Shown: positions 1 through 8,816 of the stretch, in pieces
How positions within the stretch are numbered: the stretch's first letter is position 1
How the letters are laid out: each line of letters opens with the position of its first letter
Assembly: GCA_041663385.1 (NCBI GenBank)
Contig: JBAYMZ010000001.1
Span: forward strand, 1 to 34,576
DNA length: 34,576 bases
Origin: Candidatus Omnitrophota bacterium
GTDB taxonomy: Bacteria; Omnitrophota; Gorgyraeia; Duberdicusellales; 4484-171
Direction of reading: 5' to 3'
The notes under the pieces: model-generated
What the model was told of the DNA's origin: nothing
Seen by the model: only the letters and a program-made list of their open reading frames with translations
Database searches by the model: none
Program-made: the position numbers and the translations under genes

Positions 1-92
1 CTATCGTTATACGGTTGCGTTTTAAATGACGCTTACCGCTTGACGCAACCGTAACGAGTAGCGTAACCGCAACCGATTAACACAACCCTTAA
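1..92. repeat. Family-A intergenic palindromic element (GGTTGCG/CGCAACC words), copy 1, truncated by window edge
   Basis: Perfect 11-bp stem tacggttgcgt 10-20 / acgcaaccgta 43-53. The 34-nt module 54-87 differs at only 2 positions from 6404-6437 and is about 27/34 identical to 2285-2318 (hand alignment). Confidence 0.75.
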
Positions 93-95
93 TAT

Positions 96-305
96 TTACG
101 ATTTAGTTTTTTTAGCGTACTTTTTAATAAACTTATCCACTCTACCCTCAGAGTCAACAAACTTCTGTTTTCCGGTAAAGAAAGGATGGCAATGTGAGCA
201 GATATCAACATTCAATGTTTTTCTTGTTGACCGTGTGTGCAATACGTTGCCGCAAGCGCACATAATTGTCGCCATTTCGTATTTTGGATGTCCTTTTTCC
301 TTCAT
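96..305 (-). CDS. rpmE: 50S ribosomal protein L31 (bL31)
   Basis: 69 aa with a Zn-ribbon Cys pattern (CAC...CSHC) and the HPFFTGKQ...DSEGRV...F signature of bL31. ATG at 305 is preceded by AGGAGG. Confidence 0.95.
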   Translation of the reverse strand: MKEKGHPKYEMATIMCACGNVLHTRSTRKTLNVDICSHCHPFFTGKQKFVDSEGRVDKFIKKYAKKTKS

Positions 306-316
306 GATTCCTCCTT

Positions 317-1579
317 TTATTTGTTTAAAGTTAATAGAAATTCTACGTTATTTTTAGTTTTCGCCAATTTTTCAATAAGAAGCTCTAAGGCCTCTACTGA
401 ACTTAATTCATTTAAGGCTTTCCTAAGCATCCAGATTCTTTGAAGTTCATCCGGATGAATCAGCAACTCTTCCCTGCGGGTGTTTGAACGCTTAATATCT
501 ATGGATGGGTAGATTCTTCTCTGGAAAATATTCCTGTCCAAAGATATTTCCATATTTCCGGTTCCTTTAAACTCTTCAAAAATTACATCATCCATTCTTG
601 AACCGGTATCAACAAGCGCGGTTGCCATAATCGTCAAAGAACCGCCTTCTTCAAGCGCGCGTGCCGCGCCAAAAAATCTTTTCGGCTTGTGCAATGCCCC
701 TGAATCAATACCGCCGGAAAGTATCCTTCCTGAATGCGGCTCAACCAAGTTGTAGGCTCGTGCCAAACGGGTGATACTGTCTAAAAGAATTACCACATCT
801 TTTTTATGTTCAATCAGCCTTTTGGCTTTTTCAATCGCCATTTCCGCAACCTGAACGTGGCGCTGAGCAGGCTCATCAAATGTCGAGCTGATTACCTCCC
901 CCTTAACTATTGCCTTCATCTCCGTTACTTCTTCAGGCCGTTCATCAATAAGCAGAACCATCAGGATTACATCCGGATAATTCTTCATTATCGCGTTGGC
1001 AACTTTTTGCAAAAGCACGGTTTTTCCACTGTAAGGCGGAGCAACAATCAAACCACGCTGACCCTTGCCTATCGGGCTCAACAAATCAAGGATACGCGTT
1101 GAAAGTTCATCCGGAGCGTTCTCTAAAATAAATCTTTCTCTCGGATATATCGGTGTAAGGTTATCAAAAAGCACCCGGTTACGCGAAGCTTCCGGATCTT
1201 CAAAGTTAACCGCTTCAACTTTGAGCAGGGCAAAATATTTTTCATTATCCTTAGGCGGCCTGATTTGTCCGCTTATCGTATCGCCGGTTTTTAAAGAAAA
1301 TTTCCTGATTTGCGAAGGCGAAACATAAATATCATCCGGCGAAGGAAGATAGTTATAGTTTGTTGAACGAAGGAAGCCAAAACCTTCCGGTAAGACTTCC
1401 AAAACTCCACTGCCAAACATCAACCCTTCTTTTTCCGCCTTAGCCTGCAAAATCGCAAAAATAAGATCCTGCTTCTTTAAGCCGGAAAGGCCGTTGATGT
1501 CGAGCTCTTTGGCCATTTTGCTTAAAGCAGAAATTTTCATATCCTTTAACGCCGCAATATCAATCGTAGCTCCTTCCAT
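317..1579 (-). CDS. rho: Transcription termination factor Rho
   Basis: Rho N-terminal/RNA-binding region ([38 protein letters not shown]), P-loop PPYSGKT, RecA-type ATPase core. The ORF track starts at ATG 1618, which has no SD and overlaps coaE. ATG 1579 has GGAGG 5 nt upstream and matches canonical Rho N-termini, so it is preferred. Confidence 0.95.
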   Translation of the reverse strand: MEGATIDIAALKDMKISALSKMAKELDINGLSGLKKQDLIFAILQAKAEKEGLMFGSGVLEVLPEGFGFLRSTNYNYLPSPDDIYVSPSQIRKFSLKTGDTISGQIRPPKDNEKYFALLKVEAVNFEDPEASRNRVLFDNLTPIYPRERFILENAPDELSTRILDLLSPIGKGQRGLIVAPPYSGKTVLLQKVANAIMKNYPDVILMVLLIDERPEEVTEMKAIVKGEVISSTFDEPAQRHVQVAEMAIEKAKRLIEHKKDVVILLDSITRLARAYNLVEPHSGRILSGGIDSGALHKPKRFFGAARALEEGGSLTIMATALVDTGSRMDDVIFEEFKGTGNMEISLDRNIFQRRIYPSIDIKRSNTRREELLIHPDELQRIWMLRKALNELSSVEALELLIEKLAKTKNNVEFLLTLNK

Positions 1580-1599
1580 AATAACCTCCGTTTTTTCTT

Positions 1600-2208
1600 T
1601 TATTGTTTGTTTTGCCATTTCATTCTATTCCATAAAGCATTAGCTTTACTTTTTAATGCTTTAATATTAGAGTTATTATTAACAACGAAATCCGCACACT
1701 TTATTTTTCTTTCAAGAGGGCTATAAAGCTTAAGCCTGGCCGAGACTTTAACCCTTGAGAGCCCTAAATTATTTTCAATTCTCTTTATAAGAATATTTTC
1801 TGGCGTATAGACTAAAATTGTCGCACAAAAAAGTTTTTCCAGTTTCTTTTCAAAAAGAAGCTGAACTTCAGCGACATAAATTCTTTTAGATTTTTTTGCT
1901 TTATTTATCCACAGTTTTAAATCTTTTATTATTTGCCCATGAACAATTTCTTCAAGGATTTTAAGTTTTTTAGGCTCGGTAAAAACTATCTCGCCAAGAA
2001 GTTTCCGGTTGATTTTGCCTTTTCTAAATACTTTTGGAAAATTTGAGGCGATTTTTTTATAAATACTGCTTTTTCTATTTTTATAATATTTATGAACCTC
2101 TTCGTCAGCGTCAAAGACTATCGCGCCTTTGGCTTTAAACAATTTAAGCACTGTGCTTTTTCCACTTGATAAACTACCGGTTAGACCGAATACTGACATA
2201 ATTTCCAT
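1600..2208 (-). CDS. coaE: Dephospho-CoA kinase
   Basis: About 200 aa with N-terminal P-loop [12 protein letters not shown] and overall CoaE-like layout. The start could also be ATG 2199. Confidence 0.85.
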   Translation of the reverse strand: MEIMSVFGLTGSLSSGKSTVLKLFKAKGAIVFDADEEVHKYYKNRKSSIYKKIASNFPKVFRKGKINRKLLGEIVFTEPKKLKILEEIVHGQIIKDLKLWINKAKKSKRIYVAEVQLLFEKKLEKLFCATILVYTPENILIKRIENNLGLSRVKVSARLKLYSPLERKIKCADFVVNNNSNIKALKSKANALWNRMKWQNKQ

Positions 2209-2210
2209 CC

Positions 2211-2322
2211 GATTGCGTTTTTCGGTTACGGTTGCGCGACTCGTATCGGTTGCGTTTTACGTAGGACGTATAACGATAAACGAAACAAGCAACGCAACCG
2301 CAGCCGATTGACGCAACCTTAA
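2211..2322. repeat. Family-A intergenic palindromic element, copy 2
   Basis: 10-bp stem cggttgcgtt 2247-2256 / aacgcaaccg 2291-2300. An alternative outer pairing is cggttacggttgcg with cgcaaccgcagccg. The right module 2285-2318 is homologous to 54-87 and 6404-6437. Lies between the glgA stop and the coaE start. Confidence 0.75.
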
Positions 2323-2330
2323 ATAATCAA

Positions 2331-3713
2331 TTATTTTAGCGTTTGTGCTTTCTTATACATATCCATATACTTCTTCGCGGTCTCATCCCATGAAAAATTG
2401 TATCCCATTACTTTTTTCATAAGCGCAATTTGCTTTTTTTCATTTTTAAACACTGCGGCACACTTGTCTACCGCTTTAATCAAACTCTCGCTTGAATAGT
2501 TATCCAACACATACCCTCCACCTGAGTTCGCCACATCAACTACTGTATCTTTGAGGCCTCCCGTAGAATGTACAATCGGCGTAGTTCCGTATTTATAGCT
2601 AATCATTTGTGAAAGGCCGCACGGCTCAAACCTTGAAGGCATAAGAAAGCCATCACAGGCCGCGTATATGCGATGGGCGATTTTTTCATCAAAGGTTAAA
2701 TTTAAAGAAAAGGCTTTTTTAAATTTATCAGCTTTGCCTTTAAGAATCTTCTGATATTTTTCATCGCCAACACCAAGAATTACCACCTGATATTTTTTTA
2801 AAATGTAATCAAGGGAGCTGGAAAGTATATCGATACCTTTTTGCTCGGCAAGCCTGGTTACCATACCTAACATAAGCGTGCCTTTATCAACTTTGAGCCC
2901 GAGCTCTTTTTGAAACATTGTTTTATTTACGTATTTATCCTCGAGCTTCTTTACAGAATAATTTTTATAAATCAATTTATCCGCCTCAGGGCTCCACACG
3001 TCATAATCAATAGCATTAAGTATGCCTATGAGCCTGTCTCTTTTTTCTCTTAATACGCCATCAAGTCCACAGCCATAATCAGGGGTTTGAATCTGTTTCG
3101 CGTAAGTCGGGCTTACGGTATTTATAATATCCGAAAATATAAGCCCGCCCTTTAAAAGATTGATTTTGCCGTAAAATTCTAAGGCATGCATATTAAAATA
3201 ATCCCAGGATAGCCCCATAACCGGATATTTGTCTTTTTCAAATAAACCCTGATAAGCAAGATTATGCACGGTAATGGCCGTTCTTGTTTTCTTAAAAAAT
3301 TCATCGTTCTTGTAGGTTGTCTTTAAATAAATATTAACTAATGCTGCCTGCCAATCGTTGCAATGACAAACGTCAGGTTTAAATTTAAGTTTTTTGAGCA
3401 ATTCTAAAACCTGCTTGCTATAAAAAGAAAATCTCTCAAGATTATCCGGATAATCACCTTGCGGCGTTCCGTATAAAGCGTCACGAGAAAAATAATTGTC
3501 ATTTTTAATAAAGTAAAATTCTACTTTTCCTTCTTTGGTTAAACCATAATCATCAAACATTTTTTGCGGTTTAACATTCTTATAAAGCGGCATAAATACT
3601 TTTACTTCACAGCCTTTTTTGCTCAAGGCCGCGGGAAGCGCGCCGGTTACATCCGCAAGGCCGCCGGTTTTGGCATAAGGAAAAACTTCCGAAGAACAAA
3701 TAGCTATCTTCAT
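2331..3713 (-). CDS. glgA: Glycogen (starch) synthase, GT5
   Basis: N-terminal SEVFPYAKTGGLADV motif, C-terminal PSRFEPCGLSQ motif, 460 aa. ATG is preceded by AGGAGG. Confidence 0.93.
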   Translation of the reverse strand: MKIAICSSEVFPYAKTGGLADVTGALPAALSKKGCEVKVFMPLYKNVKPQKMFDDYGLTKEGKVEFYFIKNDNYFSRDALYGTPQGDYPDNLERFSFYSKQVLELLKKLKFKPDVCHCNDWQAALVNIYLKTTYKNDEFFKKTRTAITVHNLAYQGLFEKDKYPVMGLSWDYFNMHALEFYGKINLLKGGLIFSDIINTVSPTYAKQIQTPDYGCGLDGVLREKRDRLIGILNAIDYDVWSPEADKLIYKNYSVKKLEDKYVNKTMFQKELGLKVDKGTLMLGMVTRLAEQKGIDILSSSLDYILKKYQVVILGVGDEKYQKILKGKADKFKKAFSLNLTFDEKIAHRIYAACDGFLMPSRFEPCGLSQMISYKYGTTPIVHSTGGLKDTVVDVANSGGGYVLDNYSSESLIKAVDKCAAVFKNEKKQIALMKKVMGYNFSWDETAKKYMDMYKKAQTLK

Positions 3714-3730
3714 TTAAAACCTCCTTGTTG

Positions 3731-3800
3731 ATGTCTCACGTAACAGGTAACACGTATCATGTTTTTAAACGTGTTACGTGAGACGTGTAACGTGTTACAA
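3731..3800. repeat. Family-B intergenic palindromic element (GTAACACGT/ACGTGTTAC words), copy 1
   Basis: 13-bp perfect stem gtctcacgtaaca 3733-3745 / tgttacgtgagac 3772-3784. Extra register options: gtaacacgt 3747-3755 with acgtgttac at 3769-3777 or 3790-3798. Lies between the polA stop and the glgA SD. Confidence 0.75.
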
Positions 3801-3809
3801 GTATTTATT

Positions 3810-6308
3810 TCACACTTCTTTCGTATCACCCCAATTCGGGCCGGCTTCAAGATTAACCTCTAGACGCACATCAAGTTTTATGCTCTCTTCCATATTTTGT
3901 TTAACGATTTTTTTAACCGTATCCAGTTCGTTTTCCGGCACATCAAAAACCAGTTCATCATGAATTTGCATGATGAGTTTGGTTTTAAGCCTGTTTTCTT
4001 CTAACTTCTCATTTATCCGCACCATCGCCAGTTTTATAAGATCCGCGCATGAGCCCTGAATTGGCGTATTCACTGCTTGCCTCATGGCAAAATCTTTAAG
4101 CTGTAAATTCTGGCTTTTAAAATCAGGCAGATACCTTCTTCTGCCAAGAATAGTCGTAACATATCCATATTCATCAACATCCTTATAAATCCCCTGGATG
4201 TAGGTTTGCACTTTTGGGTAACGCTTGAAATAATCGCTGATAAAAATTTCCGCTTCCTGCACTCCGATATTTAATTCTTTGGAAAGCCCATACGCGCTCA
4301 TTCCATAAACTATTCCAAAATTAACTGTCTTGGCAATATTTCTCTGGTAATCATCAACGTTTTCTTCTTTTATGCCGAATAGTAGCGCCGCGGTATAACG
4401 GTGTATATCTGCTCCTTTACTGAAAGCGATTTTTAAGTTTTCATCGCCGGAAAAATGCGCAAGTATCCGCAGCTCCACTTGTGAATAATCCCCGCAAAGG
4501 ATAACCCCTTTTTCAAAGGAAGGAATAAAAGCACTTCTTAGCTGTGTAGAAAAGCTCCCTTTTATTGGTATACTTTGCAAATTCGGTGATGAACTTGAAA
4601 GCCGGCCGGTCTGCGTTTGGGTCTGGTTAAATTCTGCGTGCAGCCTTCCATTTTTTTCTTTTGCTATTTCAATAAGCGGGGCTACGTAAGTACCTTCTAA
4701 TTTATTCAACTCACGGTATTCCAGAATAAATTTTGCTATTGGATGCTTTAGGGATAATTTTACAAGCACATCTTCATTAGTTGAATAACCGGTCTTGGTT
4801 TTCTTAACCGGTGGAATTTTTAAGTCAGTAAATAGTACTGCTCCTAATTGTTTTGGGGAATTAAGATTAAATTCTTTTCCCGAAAGATTAAAAATTTCTT
4901 TTTTCAGGCCTTCAATCTTTTTTTGGACTTCTTTAGAAAGCGTAACCAGTGCGGCACTGTCCATCTTTACTCCCCACTCCTGCATTCCATATAAAACATA
5001 TACAAGCGGCATTTCAACGTTAAAAAAAAGATCTTCTAACTGGCACTCCTTTAATTTTGAAGCGAATAACTTATAAAGCCTGGCAATAAAGTATACCTTC
5101 ACCTCGGAAGGAATTTCCGAGATATATTCTCCAAGATAATGCGATGCAAGAGCCGGTAGTCCATAATCGCTAAAAGAAGAATCTAATAAATAAGCCGCGA
5201 TTTTCACATCAAACCACGCCCCAGGCATTGCCTGACAAGACGCGGAAAATTGCGCTTTAAAATCGTAAGATACTTTTTTTAACTCTGGCGACGCGAATAT
5301 ATCTTTTATATCTTCCAAAGGTATTCGATAAACAACGTCATCGTCCCCGCAAACATAAGCCATTTGATTTTCTGTGTATAGAATTATTTCCTTACTCTTT
5401 AATTTTTTCAAAAAATCCTTCGGCAATTTGTCTTTTATGTCTACCTTTACATTAAGCGCTGGCGCGGCAAAATCTTTTAAAAGGCTTTTAAACTCCAATT
5501 CCTGGAATAATTTACGTATTTCTGATTCATCTTTTTCTTTAATCATAAAATCCTGCCAGCCCAAAAGAAGGCCATAGTCGCTCAAAGTTACCAGTTCTTT
5601 GCTTAAAATAATATTTTCCTTTTCTCTAATTAATATATCCTGAATTTTTTGCGGCAATTTATCGATATTATTAAACATATTCTCAATTGTGCCAAACTCT
5701 GCCACAAGTTTTGTCGCGCTGACCTTGCCGATGCCTTTTGCTCCGGGAACGTTATCCACGCTGTCGCCGGTTAAAGCCAAATAATCGATAATTAGGCTTG
5801 GATTAAAACCAAATTCGTCTTTAAAATTATTTTTATCAATTAATTTGTCATGGACATCATCGTAAATCGCCACTTTACCCTTATCAAGCAATTGATACAT
5901 ATCTTTATCGGAGCTCACAATAACAACCTTCTTATTTTCTTTTATTGCCTTCTCGGTAATTGTCGCGATGACATCATCGGCTTCAAAACCCTCTTTCTCT
6001 ATCAGTGTAATACCTAAAAAACCTATAAGCTTTTTTATTACCGGGATTTGGCTTTTTAAGCCGTCCGGCAGCGGAGGCCTTTGAATTTTATATTCCGTAA
6101 ATTTTTCATGGCGGAATGTTTTACGCGAAACGTCAAAACATATCCCGATATAGGCCGGTTTATATCTTGTAATTATTTTTTTAATTGTCTGATAAAAACC
6201 GAATACTGCCCCGCTAGGAAAACCTTTTGACGTAGAAAGCCTTATCGCAAAAAAAGAGCGGTAACAAATGGAAGTACCGTCAACAAGATATATTGTTTCT
6301 TCAGACAT
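3810..6308 (-). CDS. polA: DNA polymerase I
   Basis: 832 aa with an N-terminal 5-prime nuclease domain and family-A polymerase motifs: DYSQVELR (A), RNIAKTVNFGIVYG (B), QIHDEL (C). Confidence 0.96.
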   Translation of the reverse strand: MSEETIYLVDGTSICYRSFFAIRLSTSKGFPSGAVFGFYQTIKKIITRYKPAYIGICFDVSRKTFRHEKFTEYKIQRPPLPDGLKSQIPVIKKLIGFLGITLIEKEGFEADDVIATITEKAIKENKKVVIVSSDKDMYQLLDKGKVAIYDDVHDKLIDKNNFKDEFGFNPSLIIDYLALTGDSVDNVPGAKGIGKVSATKLVAEFGTIENMFNNIDKLPQKIQDILIREKENIILSKELVTLSDYGLLLGWQDFMIKEKDESEIRKLFQELEFKSLLKDFAAPALNVKVDIKDKLPKDFLKKLKSKEIILYTENQMAYVCGDDDVVYRIPLEDIKDIFASPELKKVSYDFKAQFSASCQAMPGAWFDVKIAAYLLDSSFSDYGLPALASHYLGEYISEIPSEVKVYFIARLYKLFASKLKECQLEDLFFNVEMPLVYVLYGMQEWGVKMDSAALVTLSKEVQKKIEGLKKEIFNLSGKEFNLNSPKQLGAVLFTDLKIPPVKKTKTGYSTNEDVLVKLSLKHPIAKFILEYRELNKLEGTYVAPLIEIAKEKNGRLHAEFNQTQTQTGRLSSSSPNLQSIPIKGSFSTQLRSAFIPSFEKGVILCGDYSQVELRILAHFSGDENLKIAFSKGADIHRYTAALLFGIKEENVDDYQRNIAKTVNFGIVYGMSAYGLSKELNIGVQEAEIFISDYFKRYPKVQTYIQGIYKDVDEYGYVTTILGRRRYLPDFKSQNLQLKDFAMRQAVNTPIQGSCADLIKLAMVRINEKLEENRLKTKLIMQIHDELVFDVPENELDTVKKIVKQNMEESIKLDVRLEVNLEAGPNWGDTKEV

Positions 6309-6317
6309 GATAAAATC

Positions 6318-6438
6318 GTTTTACGGTTGCGGTTGCGCAGCTGGTCTCGGTTGCGTTATACGTTAATCGTCATTCATAACGCAACCGAATAACGCTTAAC
6401 GAAACGAGTAGCGTAACCGCAACCAATTAACGCAACCT
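6318..6438. repeat. Family-A intergenic palindromic element, copy 3
   Basis: 12-bp perfect inner stem cggttgcgttat 6348-6359 / ataacgcaaccg 6376-6387. Outer stem ggttgcggttgcg (within 6321-6337) pairs with cgtaaccgcaacc 6412-6424 with 1 mismatch. Tandem GGTTGCG heptamers are present. Lies immediately upstream of the polA start. Confidence 0.8.
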
Positions 6439-6523
6439 TATTTATTAGAGGATTAGCCATTAAAATAATGCGTGATTTGTTTTATCAATAATTATTAATT
6501 ATGAGGTGCTTGGCTGGAATATA

Positions 6524-7567
6524 TTATTGTTCCTGTGTAACGCTATAAACTGTAGAAAGAGCGCTCCTAAGCTTTTTTGCAGCTGCATCGTAATCATCAT
6601 TCTTAATGTCTTTTAAGGCACTTTCCGCTTCTTTAAGCGACGCTTGTCTAAAGTAAGCTTTTTCCGCTTTCTTATGAAACTCCATTATTTTTACTCTTAG
6701 CCTGTTATCTTCTGGTTTTGAAGAAAGAGCCGCCTCAAATTCTTTTAACGCGGCTTTATAGTCTTTTTTCGCATAGAGGCTCGCGCCAAGATTAAAATGC
6801 ATTTGTGCGTCTTCAGTGGCCTGCTCTTGCCTTAATATTCTGTTTTCAGAGTAATCCCGCGAAAGCATGGCCACTTCTTTATCAATCATATCTCTCTGAA
6901 CTTCCGGATATGTGCCAAGCTGCATAAGATGTTTGCGCGCGGTCTCCCGCCAATAATCACCCTGACGGCCCAATTCATATCTTTTACGCCAATAATAAGT
7001 GGCGTTTTGCGTGTCATTTTTTGCCTCATACAACAATGCAAGATTAGTATAGGCCGCGAGATAGCTGGGATCCATTTCTATCACCTTTTTATACATATTT
7101 GCCGCGGTTATTGTGTCGCCAAGGCCTTCATAAATTACACCTATATCATTGATAGTTTCCACATTGTATGGGGAAAACTCTAAAGCCTTTTGATAATAAT
7201 TCAGCGCTCCCGTCAGGTCTCCTGCTGATTGCAATTTACGCGCTTCTTTACGATAGGATACAGCCTCTTCATTTAACAAACCTTTCGCGGTGGTTATATC
7301 ATCTCTATCTGCGGTATCAGCTTGCGTTTTAGATGTTTTTTGCTTTTTAGATTTATCTTTTTTGGAAACAGTATTATTTTTCACTGTACGATCTTGCTTC
7401 TTTTCCACTACATCAGAGCTGCGGGTAATAACTGGCCCACCGGTACGGGTTGTAACAGTGCCTTTGTACGAACTGCGATATTCAATAAGAGGCTCGCCCG
7501 TATTTTGAGCTGTTAAATAATGTATGGGAAAAAGGAAGAGTGGTAAAAAGAATAGAAGATTGCGCAT
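6524..7567 (-). CDS. Secreted tetratricopeptide-repeat (TPR) protein
   Basis: ATG 7567 gives the signal-peptide-like N-terminus MRNLLFFLPLFLFPIHYLTAQ. This is followed by a Lys-rich low-complexity linker and then several TPR-like A..Y/A..P repeats (ALNYYQKALEFSP, ANMYKKVIEMDP, etc). The ORF-track start 7666 would overlap secG. Confidence 0.8.
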   Translation of the reverse strand: MRNLLFFLPLFLFPIHYLTAQNTGEPLIEYRSSYKGTVTTRTGGPVITRSSDVVEKKQDRTVKNNTVSKKDKSKKQKTSKTQADTADRDDITTAKGLLNEEAVSYRKEARKLQSAGDLTGALNYYQKALEFSPYNVETINDIGVIYEGLGDTITAANMYKKVIEMDPSYLAAYTNLALLYEAKNDTQNATYYWRKRYELGRQGDYWRETARKHLMQLGTYPEVQRDMIDKEVAMLSRDYSENRILRQEQATEDAQMHFNLGASLYAKKDYKAALKEFEAALSSKPEDNRLRVKIMEFHKKAEKAYFRQASLKEAESALKDIKNDDYDAAAKKLRSALSTVYSVTQEQ

Positions 7568-7574
7568 TTTTTTT

Positions 7575-7603
7575 AATTTAACATAAATGGATAAAAGTGT
7601 CAA
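7575..7603 (-). promoter_or_regulatory. Putative sigma70-type promoter for the TPR gene, possibly giving a leaderless mRNA
   Basis: On the minus strand: TTGACA (7603-7598), 17-nt spacer, TAAATT (7580-7575), then AAAAAAA and ATG 7567. No SD is present. Confidence 0.4.
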
Positions 7604-7655
7604 GGATAAACACAAGTTACCACGAACTTGCAACAAATCTCCACAAATAAAGAAA

Positions 7656-7970
7656 TTATTTTGCACTTTGCGCAGGTTGGTCTACTGCGGGCGCGGCTTC
7701 CTGTTTTGCCGGCGTATCTTTATATTTATCCAACAAAGACTTTCCACGTTCTTTTGATAAATAAGCAAGAGAAATAGAAGTTATAAAAAACATGATCGCG
7801 AGGGCTACTGTTACCTTCACAAAAAAAGCGCTGGTTTTTGTTCCAAAAATAGACTCAACGCCACCTAAGGCCTCAACTAAACCGCCGGATCTTCCACGTT
7901 GGACAAGGATTGCGGCAATTAAGCCCATTACCACAAGAACATGCAGGATTAGTACTAAGTTATATAACAT
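7656..7970 (-). CDS. secG: Preprotein translocase subunit SecG
   Basis: 104 aa with two TM helices flanking a Gly-rich loop (LVQRGRSGGL...GG), typical SecG. It sits directly after tpiA, a widely conserved adjacency. Confidence 0.85.
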   Translation of the reverse strand: MLYNLVLILHVLVVMGLIAAILVQRGRSGGLVEALGGVESIFGTKTSAFFVKVTVALAIMFFITSISLAYLSKERGKSLLDKYKDTPAKQEAAPAVDQPAQSAK

Positions 7971-7971
7971 A

Positions 7972-8727
7972 TTATATAGAGTTTTTTATTATATCAGTAA
8001 AAGAAGAAACTTCAAGAGAAGCCCCTCCGACTAATGCTCCGTCAACATCTTCTTGAGCCATCAACTCTTTCGCGTTTTGCGGCTTAACGCTTCCTCCGTA
8101 AAGTATTCTTACGGTATTAGAAACGCCCTGCGAAAACCTTTCAACAATCCAGTTACGTATAAATTTGTGCACTTCCTGGGCCTGGGCGGCAGTCGCGTTC
8201 TTTCCGGTTCCGATTGCCCAAACCGGCTCATATGCGATTGTCACATTAAGCATATCTTCAATGTTTAGCTCTAATAAGCCACCAGATAATTGAGTTTTTA
8301 TTACTTCAATAGTTTTATCAGCTTCGCGCTCTTCAAGCGTTTCACCCACACAAACAATAGGTTTTAACCCAACTTCCAAAGAAACTTTTATCTTTTTATT
8401 AATGGTTGCATCGGTTTCATGAAAATATTTACGCCTTTCCGAATGTCCGATAATAACAAATTCGCAGCCGCAGTCTTTAAGCATGATCGGTGAAATTTCT
8501 CCGGTAAAAGCGCCTTCTTTTTCCCAAAATAAATCTTGAGCCCCCAATTGCATATCCGTATCGTTTATTACATTATACACCGTATTTAATACCGTAAAGG
8601 GCGGGCACAAAACAACATCCGCGGCGGTAAAATCTTTCAGAGAGGCTTTTAGCCCCGCGCTAAGCTTAACCGCTTGGTCGCTAGTTTTATACATCTTCCA
8701 ATTTCCGGCAATTAGTGGTTTACGCAT
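7972..8727 (-). CDS. tpiA: Triosephosphate isomerase
   Basis: Motifs AGNWKM, IIGHSERR, AYEPVWAIGTG, YGGSV; 251 aa. Confidence 0.96.
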   Translation of the reverse strand: MRKPLIAGNWKMYKTSDQAVKLSAGLKASLKDFTAADVVLCPPFTVLNTVYNVINDTDMQLGAQDLFWEKEGAFTGEISPIMLKDCGCEFVIIGHSERRKYFHETDATINKKIKVSLEVGLKPIVCVGETLEEREADKTIEVIKTQLSGGLLELNIEDMLNVTIAYEPVWAIGTGKNATAAQAQEVHKFIRNWIVERFSQGVSNTVRILYGGSVKPQNAKELMAQEDVDGALVGGASLEVSSFTDIIKNSI

Positions 8728-8745
8728 TGGTTAATCCTTTCTTTT

Positions 8746-8810
8746 GGTAACACGTAGCAAGCATCACGTAACATGTCTTTAAAAACATGTTACCTGTTAC
8801 GTGTAACATG
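8746..8810. repeat. Family-B intergenic palindromic element, copy 2
   Basis: 9-bp stem gtaacatgt 8768-8776 / acatgttac 8785-8793 with an 8-nt loop. An alternative pairing is cacgtaac / gttacgtg. The reverse complement shares cacgtaacaggtaaca...tttttaaa...gttacgtga with copy 1. Lies between the pgk stop and the tpiA start. Confidence 0.7.
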
Positions 8811-8816
8811 ATACTA

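Noticed and set aside
1580-1618. Longer Rho start at 1618, overlapping coaE by 19 nt
   Set aside because: It has no SD, whereas ATG 1579 has GGAGG upstream and aligns better with known Rho N-termini. It is kept as an alternative because the evidence is contextual only.
4898-5408. Apparent lack of a DxE ExoI motif in the polA 3-prime-5-prime exonuclease-like region
   Set aside because: Many bacterial Pol I enzymes (Taq- and Bst-type) have a degenerate proofreading domain. I cannot align this region reliably by eye, so it is not noteworthy without a proper alignment.
1-6438. Family-A elements as MITEs or IS remnants
   Set aside because: I could identify no terminal inverted repeats with flanking target-site duplications, and there is no transposase in the window. 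A REP-like family remains possible, so this is reported as a finding rather than called a mobile element.
7568-7666. 33-codon N-terminal extension of the TPR protein given by the ORF track
   Set aside because: It would overlap the secG 3-prime end. The internal ATG 7567 yields a textbook signal peptide and has a promoter-like sequence directly upstream.
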